A stretch of 64,000 nucleotides of DNA from Parcubacteria bacterium GBS-2 (GTDB lineage Bacteria > Patescibacteriota > Minisyncoccia > Minisyncoccales > GBS-2). The number at the start of each line of letters is the position of its first letter. Positions within the stretch are counted from its first letter, which is position 1. The notes beneath the pieces were generated by a model. It saw only the letters and a program-made list of their open reading frames with translations, did no database searches and was not told the DNA's origin. Below are positions 34,123-42,141 of the stretch, piece by piece. Where the stretch lies: positions 22,652-86,651 of the forward strand of contig LEKP01000003.1 in assembly GCA_001443025.1 (NCBI GenBank), in the 5' to 3' direction. Both the position numbers and the translations under genes were made by a program.

Positions 34123-34150
34123 TTGACATTTAAAAAGAATTTGCTAATAT
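34123..34150 (+). promoter_or_regulatory. Promoter of rpmE-prfA (leaderless geometry)
   Basis: TTGACA (34123-34128), 16 nt, TAATAT (34145-34150), 9 nt to the ATG at 34160. Confidence 0.5.
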
Positions 34151-34159
34151 TCCACTTAT

Positions 34160-34369
34160 ATGAAGGAAAACATTCACCCAAAATATTATCCAAATGCTAA
34201 GGCAAAATGCGCCTGCGGTGCAGAATTTGAGGTTGGTTCTACAAAACCTTACATGGAAATTGAGATTTGTTCAAGATGCCATCCAGCTTTTACTGGAAAA
34301 GAAAAAATTGTCGAAACTGTAAGCGAAGTAAAAAAGTTTAAAGAAAGATTAAAGAAAATGAAAAAATGA
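34160..34369 (+). CDS. rpmE: 50S ribosomal protein L31
   Basis: MKENIHPKYY...CACG...CSRCHPAFTGK is a zinc-binding bL31. Confidence 0.9.
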   Translation: MKENIHPKYYPNAKAKCACGAEFEVGSTKPYMEIEICSRCHPAFTGKEKIVETVSEVKKFKERLKKMKK

Positions 34370-35109
34370 TTGAATCTATAATCGTTGAAATTAGGGCGGG
34401 AGTTGGAGGAGAAGAAGCCGCCCTTTTTGCAAAGGACCTCTTTAGAATGTATTCAAAATTTGCCCAAAAACAAGGTTGGGGAATGCAGGTTTTGGATCTG
34501 AAAGAATCTGATTTGGGAGGAATAAAAGAGGTTACGTTTGAATTGAAAGGAGAGAACGTTTATCAGAAGATGCAATGGGAAGGAGGGGTTCACAGGGTTC
34601 AAAGAGTTCCAAAAACAGAAAAAACAGGAAGAATTCATACTTCGACTGCAACTGTTGCGGTCTTAAGAAAACCAAAAGTGGAAGATAACATTATCATTAA
34701 TCCCAACGATTTAGAAATTGATTACTACAAAGCTTCTGGACCCGGAGGCCAATACGTAAACAAAAGAATGACTGCTGTAAGAATTAAGCATTTACCAACT
34801 GGCATTGTGGTCACTTGTCAAACTGAGAGATCTTTGCAACAAAACAAAGAATCAGCTTTAGAAATTTTGAAAGCAAAGCTTTTAGAAAAAAAGGAAATGG
34901 AAAATTTGGAAAAATTAACAAAAGAAAGGAGAGAACAAATTGGCTGGGCAAAGAGGGCAGAAAAAATTAGAACTTATAATTTTCCTCAAGATAGAGTTAC
35001 AGACCACAGAATTAAAAAGAACTTTCACGATATTGAAGAGATAATGGATGGAAATTTAGAGAAAATAATTTCAACTCTTGAAAAGTCATACTCTTTTCCA
35101 AAATCTTAA
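34366..35109 (+). CDS. prfA: Peptide chain release factor, RF1-type, lacking N-terminal domain 1
   Basis: Starts at the domain-2 block IVEIRAGVGGEEAALFAKDLFRMY. Has the P-x-T tripeptide (PKT in RVQRVPKTEKTGRIHTS) and the GGQ motif (SGPGGQYVNK). The start overlaps the rpmE stop (ATGA), so there is no room for upstream coding. Confidence 0.8.
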   Translation: MIESIIVEIRAGVGGEEAALFAKDLFRMYSKFAQKQGWGMQVLDLKESDLGGIKEVTFELKGENVYQKMQWEGGVHRVQRVPKTEKTGRIHTSTATVAVLRKPKVEDNIIINPNDLEIDYYKASGPGGQYVNKRMTAVRIKHLPTGIVVTCQTERSLQQNKESALEILKAKLLEKKEMENLEKLTKERREQIGWAKRAEKIRTYNFPQDRVTDHRIKKNFHDIEEIMDGNLEKIISTLEKSYSFPKS

Positions 35110-36430
35110 TATCTTCCTCATAACGAGAGGCAATTGCCATTACTGAATTTCCATAGAAAGAATATCTGGGATTGGTTGTCCCTGAAAAATAAATCATTGC
35201 TGCTTTCCATTCTGCCTCGTAAGTTCTCTTGGCTGCTCCATAATCTGCTAAATAAAGAGCGGCGGCAACAAAGGCGTCTTTTATATTCCAGGGATCTGCA
35301 GAGCCTGTAATTTGTTTTACTCTATTTTTGTATTTTATCCAAGTTGAGGGAATAAATTGAGCAGGGCCCATTGCCCCTCCCCAACCACCAACAGAAGGAA
35401 TCGGACAAGAAACTAGGGTATTAAAGGGATCTCTTCCCAATTCTTTAGTAATGTTTAGAAAATGAGGTACATCGCGAGTTGGATTCATTACCTTCTCAAC
35501 TTTTTCTCCAGTATTAACTCTTATTCCCTGTCCTGTTTTTGGATCTTTTAAAAAACACTGGCCAACGTTCTTTCCGATGTTTGACTCTTGAGTTAGAACC
35601 GCTAATAAAAATGCTGGTCTCACTCCAGTTATTTTTTCAACATATTTTGCCAATTCATAAGCCTCGCCAAAAGTCGGAGCTTGAGGAACCCCGATTAGTT
35701 CAAAAATCCTCGCTCTGATTTTTGCTGCTTCCTTCTCAATTTCCTTTTTCTCTGCCAAAAGTTTTTGATATTGTGCTTCAGTTAATTTTGATAAATGTTC
35801 TTTTTCTTTTTTCAGATTTTCGCTTTCTTGTTTTTGTAAAGTTTGCATTTTTAAAATTCTTTCTAAATTCTCTTTCTCTTTTTCTAGAATCATTTTCTGA
35901 TCTTCTAAAGAGATTTTTAAATTTTTAACCACATCAAGTAAATCTTTAGTTTTCGAATTCAAAATTTCCAAATACATTAAGTTGTCGAAAAATCCAGAAA
36001 GATTTTTTTCAGAAATTAAAATTTCAATTAAAGACTTTTTATCCATTTCATAAACCGTTCTCAAAATTTCGACTAATTTCCTTTTTTGGGCTTCAATTTT
36101 TTGAGAAGTTTTTTCAATTGATTCTTGAGTATCTTTAATTTGTAAAGAAACGTCTCTAATCATTACATTGCTTTGTTCAATTTCAAGCTTTAATTTGTCA
36201 ATTTTTTGCTTCAAAAGATAAATTTGATTTTGAAGAGTTTTCTTTTCCTTCTCGGTCTTTTGAATGTTTTGCTCGTACTTTTTTATTTCCTCTTCGTATT
36301 TTTTCAACAAAGATTCACATTCCTCTCTCGTCTGACAAGGAGGTTCTTCTTGAGAAAAAATTCTAAAAGAAGGCATAAAAAGCATCAATAAAAAGAAGAG
36401 AAAAATAATTGCTCTAAAAATTTTTGGCAT
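35012..36430 (-). CDS. Secreted coiled-coil protein with C-terminal lytic-transglycosylase-like domain
   Basis: Signal/TM MPKIFRAIIFLFFLLMLFMPSF, ~230 aa of heptad-rich coiled coil, then LLAVLTQESN...GAMGPAQFIPSTW (MltB/SLT-like). Confidence 0.6.
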   Translation of the reverse strand: MPKIFRAIIFLFFLLMLFMPSFRIFSQEEPPCQTREECESLLKKYEEEIKKYEQNIQKTEKEKKTLQNQIYLLKQKIDKLKLEIEQSNVMIRDVSLQIKDTQESIEKTSQKIEAQKRKLVEILRTVYEMDKKSLIEILISEKNLSGFFDNLMYLEILNSKTKDLLDVVKNLKISLEDQKMILEKEKENLERILKMQTLQKQESENLKKEKEHLSKLTEAQYQKLLAEKKEIEKEAAKIRARIFELIGVPQAPTFGEAYELAKYVEKITGVRPAFLLAVLTQESNIGKNVGQCFLKDPKTGQGIRVNTGEKVEKVMNPTRDVPHFLNITKELGRDPFNTLVSCPIPSVGGWGGAMGPAQFIPSTWIKYKNRVKQITGSADPWNIKDAFVAAALYLADYGAAKRTYEAEWKAAMIYFSGTTNPRYSFYGNSVMAIASRYEEDIKILEKSMTFQELKLFSLNFHPLSLQYRESSF

Positions 36431-36717
36431 TATTTTGTTGACAATTTATAAAAGTCAATATGAATTACTTTTCCCTTAATTGGCTCTCTTTGAATTTCTT
36501 TAATCAGAACTCTGTAGTCTTTATCTTCAACCTTCAAAATAATCTGCAAATTTTCATTTTTTTCTCTCAAAAGCTTTTCAAATTCTTTATCATCAATCTC
36601 TAAATTCAAATTTTCAATTCCTGGCCCATACAAAACAGCAGGAATTTTCCCTTCTTTTAGAAGGGTTTTTGCCTTCTTTCCAATGGCCTCTCTTATTCTT
36701 GCTCTCAAGACCTGCAT
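36430..36717 (-). CDS. rplY: 50S ribosomal protein L25 (short form)
   Basis: KEGKIPAVLYGPG...NLEIDDKEF..LL...IQREPIKGKVIHIDF. Confidence 0.75.
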   Translation of the reverse strand: MQVLRARIREAIGKKAKTLLKEGKIPAVLYGPGIENLNLEIDDKEFEKLLREKNENLQIILKVEDKDYRVLIKEIQREPIKGKVIHIDFYKLSTK

Positions 36718-36720
36718 TTT

Positions 36721-37824
36721 TCATTTTCTTATTTTGAATCTTTTTTCTAATTTTTTGAGTTCTTCAACAATCCCAGTATACTCTAATTCTTCCATCGGAA
36801 GCATTGCTGCTCCATAAAACCCTTGTTTTCTTATTTCGATTGCTTTTTTAGCAGCTTCTCTTCTCACTTCATCCCAAAATGGGTGATCGAAACAATCAAC
36901 AGGTTCTGTTAATTTTCCGTTTTTCATTGAAAATGCTAAACAAGATACTACCGGAGGTCCATCAAAGAAAGAAATTGTTGAATTTTTCTTAACCGGCATC
37001 AAGGGTCCAATATGGGAACCTCTCATAAAGCCCGCGACATAATATCCCAAAGCATAGGGAGCTAAAATTTCTCCAGTGGCTGGAAAATCTTTTTGGGTTC
37101 TAACTAGCATTACAGGATCGTCTTTTCCAACATATTTTCCTGCAATGTTTCTTAATCTGGTAGTTGAAGCTGCAACTACTTGTTCGCCAGTTGCTCTAGA
37201 AAATATTGATTCCACAACAAACCTTCCTGGTTCTCTTAACAAAATCGCAATATCATAAATTTCTTCTGGGCTCACCAATTCAATCACCTTGTCTGCCTCA
37301 GTATAAGAAACATCCATTATCACAAATTTGAATCCTTTCTTTAGAGTTGGTGATAAAATTAGGCCAGCACAATACATTGGATCACAAAACGCCAAATACA
37401 ATGGTAAATTAAAAGCACCAGGTTCAGTTTTGTCTGCCATGAAAAATAAAAATGGTTCTGCTTCCCTTTCTTCAATTTCCATTTCAGCAACTTGAGGCCC
37501 CATTCCTTTTACATTTCCAGAAAAGGCTGTTGCTAAAAGATCTTGGCCTGCACCATAAAGTCCTTGAGATTTTGCTACCTCTGTCGCTTTTAATAAAGCA
37601 TCATAGCAGAGTTTATGAATTTTTCTGCTTCCTATTCCTTTTTTATGAGTCGTTAAAATCGAAATGTCATCGCCTGTATGGCCAATGTAATAATCAATAA
37701 TCAATCCTTTTCCCTTCTTTTTTATTTCCTCCTCCACTGCTTCTAACATTTTCTTTGAAGGTTTTATGTGTCCTCCGATCGACCCAACATCCGCTTTGAT
37801 TACTGAAATTGTAATTTTTGCCAT
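36721..37824 (-). CDS. fbp: Bifunctional fructose-1,6-bisphosphate aldolase/phosphatase (class V FBPase)
   Basis: N-terminus KITISVIKADVGSIGGH and overall length (367 aa) match the archaeal-type FBP aldolase/phosphatase family (from memory). Confidence 0.85.
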   Translation of the reverse strand: MAKITISVIKADVGSIGGHIKPSKKMLEAVEEEIKKKGKGLIIDYYIGHTGDDISILTTHKKGIGSRKIHKLCYDALLKATEVAKSQGLYGAGQDLLATAFSGNVKGMGPQVAEMEIEEREAEPFLFFMADKTEPGAFNLPLYLAFCDPMYCAGLILSPTLKKGFKFVIMDVSYTEADKVIELVSPEEIYDIAILLREPGRFVVESIFSRATGEQVVAASTTRLRNIAGKYVGKDDPVMLVRTQKDFPATGEILAPYALGYYVAGFMRGSHIGPLMPVKKNSTISFFDGPPVVSCLAFSMKNGKLTEPVDCFDHPFWDEVRREAAKKAIEIRKQGFYGAAMLPMEELEYTGIVEELKKLEKRFKIRK

Positions 37825-37941
37825 ATTAAAGAATTTTTTAATTTAACTTGACCTTTATTTAATTATAGCAAAAAAGATACTCTTAATTTAAATTTGTCAA
37901 TTAACTGTCAGTTTGTTCCAACAAATTCAGTTTTCTATTTT

Positions 37942-38478
37942 TTATTCTGGTAAAAAAATTGCAATATCTCGAGGATCCCAAGCCCCTGCTCCCTCACCCC
38001 AGCAAGTACAACAAATCGGCCTTTCCCCAGTAGGACAATTATTAGTTTCACAAACTGCATATAAAACAGCATACCATCCCTGACAGCCACAACAAGGATT
38101 TTGAACTCTCATATACCGATAACTACATTGTTCCCAACTACTTGATCCAACAGGACGTCTTTCAATAGGGGTTTTAATTAATCCTTCATTAACCAAGGGT
38201 TGAATAAAGGGGTCGTTTTCACCATTTAAAATACTCCCTCCATCCCAACTACTCCAACAACCAACATCTCCGGTATCAGTATTGTCTGGATAGCGACCAT
38301 ATTTATCATAATAAAGCTGAAGGGCGGTTACAATTTGTCTTAAATCGGCTAGTCTCTTTGTATCTCTTGCCTTTGCCCTAGCTGGTCTCAAACTCACTAA
38401 AACAATGCTCGAGAGCATTCCAATCACTGCAATCACTACTAAAAGTTCAATTAAGGTGAAAGATTTATCTTTTCTCAT
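37942..38478 (-). CDS. Type IV pilin-like protein, Cys-rich C-terminal domain
   Basis: Prepilin leader and methylation motif MRKDKSFTLIELLVVIAVIGMLSSIVL. The C-terminal half carries ~10 Cys, including CCGC and CCTC. Confidence 0.75.
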   Translation of the reverse strand: MRKDKSFTLIELLVVIAVIGMLSSIVLVSLRPARAKARDTKRLADLRQIVTALQLYYDKYGRYPDNTDTGDVGCWSSWDGGSILNGENDPFIQPLVNEGLIKTPIERRPVGSSSWEQCSYRYMRVQNPCCGCQGWYAVLYAVCETNNCPTGERPICCTCWGEGAGAWDPRDIAIFLPE

Positions 38479-38496
38479 TAATTATATGTTGTAAAA

Positions 38497-41400
38497 TTAC
38501 CTTTTGACCCTTATTTTCGCTAAATTCAAAATTGTCTTAATTACGGTATCTGGATTTATCGACATTGATTGAATTCCCTCTCTCATTATGAATTCTGCAA
38601 ATTCAGGCCAATCTGAAGGAGCTTGGCCACAAATTCCGCAATATTTTTTCTTCTGATTGCAAATTTTTATTACTCTTTTTACCATTTCTTTCACTGCTTC
38701 GTTCCTTTCGTCACCAACTTTGGCAACTAGAGCTGAATCTCTATCTAATCCTAAAACCAACTGCGTTAAATCGTTAGAGCCGATTGAAAATCCATCAAAA
38801 ATTTTTAAAAATTCTTCAGCCAAAATTACGTTTGAAGGAATTTCACACATGCAAATTACTTTCAATCCATCTTTTCCTTTTTTTAATCCATTTTTCTCTA
38901 TTAGTTCCAAGACTTTTCTCCCTTCTTCTGGTGTTCGACAAAACGGAATCATTACCCAAATGTTTTTCAACCCAAATTCTTCTCTTGCTCTTTTTATTGC
39001 TTTACATTCCATTTCAAAAGCAGGCTGGAACTTTGGATCATAATACCTTGAAGCCCCTCTCCATCCCAACATTGGATTTGATTCTTCGGGTTCAAAGAGT
39101 TCTCCGCCAATTAATTGCCTATATTCATTAGTCTTAAAATCTGAAAATCTAACAATCACTGGCTTTGGCCAAAAAGCAGCTGCAATTTGGGCTATTCCTT
39201 CTGCAAGTTCTTTGTAGAAATGTTCTTTTTTGTCTTTGTGTTCGATTGTAATTTCTTCAATTTTTTCAACAATTTCTTTTATTTTTTTGTTTCTTTTTGC
39301 CTCTCTCTTTAATTTTTGATAATGATAAAGAGCTAAAGGATGAATTCTAATTTTTTCTGCTAAAATAAACTCAATCCTTGCTAGGCCTACTCCATCGTTT
39401 GGCAAAAACGAAGTTTTAAAAGCAATATCTGGAGCCCCAATGTTTATCATTATTTTTGTTTTCACTTTTGGAATTTTTTCTAAATCGTATTTTTTAACTT
39501 TGAAAGGAATTTTTCCCAAAAATATCCTACCCACTGAACCTGAAGTGCAATCTACTGTTACTTCCTGACCAGTTTTTAATACCTTGGTTGCGAATCTCGT
39601 TCCAACGATTGCCGGAATTCCAAGCTCCCTTCCGATTATTGCAGCATGACAATTTTCAACCAAAATTGGGGTTAAACGACTGGTAAAAACTAAGTAGTTG
39701 TGATTATCTTCAACTTCAATATTATAAACCCTCTTTTTGACCGAAATTTTCTTTCCTTTTACTCGAAGCATCTTTAAAGGAGAATCGATAATTCTTGTTA
39801 ATTCATGGTTTTCTTTTGTCCCTTCGATTAAAGGAATAACATAATTTTTAATCTTTTCCGCGTCTATTAGAAGATTGTTCTTTATGTAAAGGAAGATTCT
39901 TCCTTTGTAATTGACTAAATTGGCTATATCTTCCAAAAGCTGTTTGGCAGCGAAAAATCTGGAACCAAATTTTACTTTTTTCCCTTCTCCTTTTACTCTT
40001 TTTGTGAATTTTATTATTTCGTCGATTTTATCGACAATCAAAATGTTTTTGATCGTTCGATTTTTAATTACATAAAAATTAATTCCTAATCTTAAACAAC
40101 AAATTGAAATTGCTCGAAGCAATTTTTCATCAGAACAAAAAATTTGAATTCTTCTTTCAAAAAAAGTACCATCACCATCGATCACTCCTGCTAAAAAATT
40201 AAATAGAAATTCGTCTTGAGCTGAAAGTAAAATCTCTTCCAATTTTTCTTTTTTTTGCAAAATTACTTCAGCAATCTCTTTTTTATAACATTTTAATGCT
40301 AAACATTCTCCACCCTTAATCTTTTTTCCTCTTATTATTCCCTCAGTTGGAAGTTTTTTAATAAAATGCAAATTGCATTTAAATATTTCAGAAAAATATC
40401 TCGAAACTGCATTTATAAATGGCAATTTTTCTTTAGTAGGTTTTTGAATAAATGAAACTCCTCCGCGTCTTTGGGTAAGATAAATATTTCCATCGGTCAT
40501 TATAGCCCCCAGCAGATATCCTAATTGGGGGGGGAGGTTTTTATTCCTGAAAGGAGGGATTTTAAAAACACTTAAAACGCATTCTTTCTTTGAAATAATA
40601 TCTTTAATCTCTTCAGAAATTAAGTTCCTATTTTTAAAAGTTAAAAATTTATGATCTGAAGTAACTTCTAAGAAATTTCCTTTCATTCTTCCAGTTTGTG
40701 AAATTTCAACTCTCATTAAATTGGAACTTTCTCTTGAGAAAACGTTTGAAATTTTTTTCCATTCTAATCTAAGGGTTTTACGATTTAAAGATAAAGTTTT
40801 CATCTCTTCATTTTTAAATCGTTTAAAAATTTCTTCTAAAGAAAGGAATCCTTTATCAGTGAGAATTTTTGTTTCTCCACTAAAACAGGTTCTTCCCCCT
40901 TCATCCGTTACAATTGCAGAAGCAATTCTCATTGCCACGACCCAATCAGGGTCTGTCATTCTTGTTACTAAAACCTCTCCCTTTTTGAATTCTCCAATTT
41001 TTGAAACATCTTCAATGACATGAACTTTCCCCTGTCCTACTTTATTTCCTATTGCAATTCCAGTTAAAATTGGTTTTTTGGTTGTTTTTATTTCATATTC
41101 TTCATAAACTCTTTCTTTCTTTGGTGCGTGGACTGTTTCGGGTCTTGATTGAACGATGAATAGCTGATTTGTCTTTCCATCTTTTGCCCACTCAATATCT
41201 TGGTGCATCCCATAATGCTCCTCCAAAATCATTGCCCATTTTGCCAAAGTTAAAATTTCATCGTCACTTAAAGAAAATTTTAGTTGGTCTTTTTGGGAAA
41301 CTTTCACCTCCTTTAGCCCTCCTCCCTTTTTATAAACCAATTTTCTGTCTTTTTTGCCCAAATCTTTCCTAATTATTGCTTTATATCCCTCTTTTAATGT

Positions 41401-42141
41401 TGGCTTGAAAACATAAAAAGTATCTGGAATTATTTTTCCTTTAACGATCATTTCTCCTTGCCCAAAAATTGAGTTGATTAATACAACATTCTCAAACCCG
41501 GTTTCAGTATCCAAAGTAAACATCACGCCAGAAGAAGCTAAATCTGACCTAACCATCTTTTGAACACAAACAGAAAGAGCAACTTTTAAATGTTCAAATC
41601 CTTTTTCTTCTCTGTAAGCAATTGCTCTGTCAGTGAAAAGAGAGGCAAAACATTTTTTCACTGCTTTTAATAAATTCTCATTTCCGGAAATGTTAATATA
41701 ACTTTCGTGCTGGCCAGCAAAAGAGGCAGTAGCTAAATCTTCTGCAGTTGCAGAAGACCTCACCGCCACATCGACATTTTTTTGACCATAAATTTTCGAG
41801 AGTTTTCGATAGTTTTCTAAAATTTCTTTCTCAAGATCTTGGGGAAATTTTCCTTTCAAAATTAAATTTCGAGCTCTTTTTCCCGTTTCTTTTAAAGATT
41901 GAATGTTTTTTGGGTCAAATTTTTCAAAAATTTCTTTCAATCTTTCATCAATTTCGTTAAATCTCAAAAAGTATCTAAAAGCATCAGCAGTAATTGCAAA
42001 ACCATTGGGAATTTGAATTCCTTTTTTTGACAATTTAGAAAACATTTCACCCAAAGAAGCGTTCTTTCCACCAACCAAGGGTACATCATCTTTTGAAATT
42101 TCTTTGAACCAAAGGATGTATTTTTTCATGTTATTTTCCAA
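38497..42141 (-). CDS. ppsA: Phosphoenolpyruvate synthase (pyruvate, water dikinase) interrupted by an intein
   Basis: ATP-grasp N-domain (VGGKNASLGEM), the phospho-His domain split as ...VTDEGGRT / CHAAIIGRELGIP..., and the PEP-utilising C-domain (GSNDLTQ). Confidence 0.9.
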   Translation of the reverse strand: MENNMKKYILWFKEISKDDVPLVGGKNASLGEMFSKLSKKGIQIPNGFAITADAFRYFLRFNEIDERLKEIFEKFDPKNIQSLKETGKRARNLILKGKFPQDLEKEILENYRKLSKIYGQKNVDVAVRSSATAEDLATASFAGQHESYINISGNENLLKAVKKCFASLFTDRAIAYREEKGFEHLKVALSVCVQKMVRSDLASSGVMFTLDTETGFENVVLINSIFGQGEMIVKGKIIPDTFYVFKPTLKEGYKAIIRKDLGKKDRKLVYKKGGGLKEVKVSQKDQLKFSLSDDEILTLAKWAMILEEHYGMHQDIEWAKDGKTNQLFIVQSRPETVHAPKKERVYEEYEIKTTKKPILTGIAIGNKVGQGKVHVIEDVSKIGEFKKGEVLVTRMTDPDWVVAMRIASAIVTDEGGRTCFSGETKILTDKGFLSLEEIFKRFKNEEMKTLSLNRKTLRLEWKKISNVFSRESSNLMRVEISQTGRMKGNFLEVTSDHKFLTFKNRNLISEEIKDIISKKECVLSVFKIPPFRNKNLPPQLGYLLGAIMTDGNIYLTQRRGGVSFIQKPTKEKLPFINAVSRYFSEIFKCNLHFIKKLPTEGIIRGKKIKGGECLALKCYKKEIAEVILQKKEKLEEILLSAQDEFLFNFLAGVIDGDGTFFERRIQIFCSDEKLLRAISICCLRLGINFYVIKNRTIKNILIVDKIDEIIKFTKRVKGEGKKVKFGSRFFAAKQLLEDIANLVNYKGRIFLYIKNNLLIDAEKIKNYVIPLIEGTKENHELTRIIDSPLKMLRVKGKKISVKKRVYNIEVEDNHNYLVFTSRLTPILVENCHAAIIGRELGIPAIVGTRFATKVLKTGQEVTVDCTSGSVGRIFLGKIPFKVKKYDLEKIPKVKTKIMINIGAPDIAFKTSFLPNDGVGLARIEFILAEKIRIHPLALYHYQKLKREAKRNKKIKEIVEKIEEITIEHKDKKEHFYKELAEGIAQIAAAFWPKPVIVRFSDFKTNEYRQLIGGELFEPEESNPMLGWRGASRYYDPKFQPAFEMECKAIKRAREEFGLKNIWVMIPFCRTPEEGRKVLELIEKNGLKKGKDGLKVICMCEIPSNVILAEEFLKIFDGFSIGSNDLTQLVLGLDRDSALVAKVGDERNEAVKEMVKRVIKICNQKKKYCGICGQAPSDWPEFAEFIMREGIQSMSINPDTVIKTILNLAKIRVKR
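39652..40887 (-). mobile_element. Intein (412 aa) with LAGLIDADG homing-endonuclease domain
   Basis: Residues 419-830 of the ORF. N-terminal splice block CFSGETKIL, LAGLIDADG blocks LGYLLGAIMTDGNI and FLAGVIDGDGTF, and C-terminal block HNYLVFT...ILVEN followed by the +1 Cys of CHAAI. Confidence 0.85.

Noticed and set aside
35012-35109. 98-bp convergent overlap between the prfA 3' end and the lytic-transglycosylase-like ORF 3' end
   Set aside because: The last ~30 codons of the minus-strand ORF (…KSMTFQELKLFSLNFHPLSLQYRESSF) lie beyond the recognisable domain. They may simply be an open frame running by chance antisense to prfA, so this is not evidence of a functional overlap.
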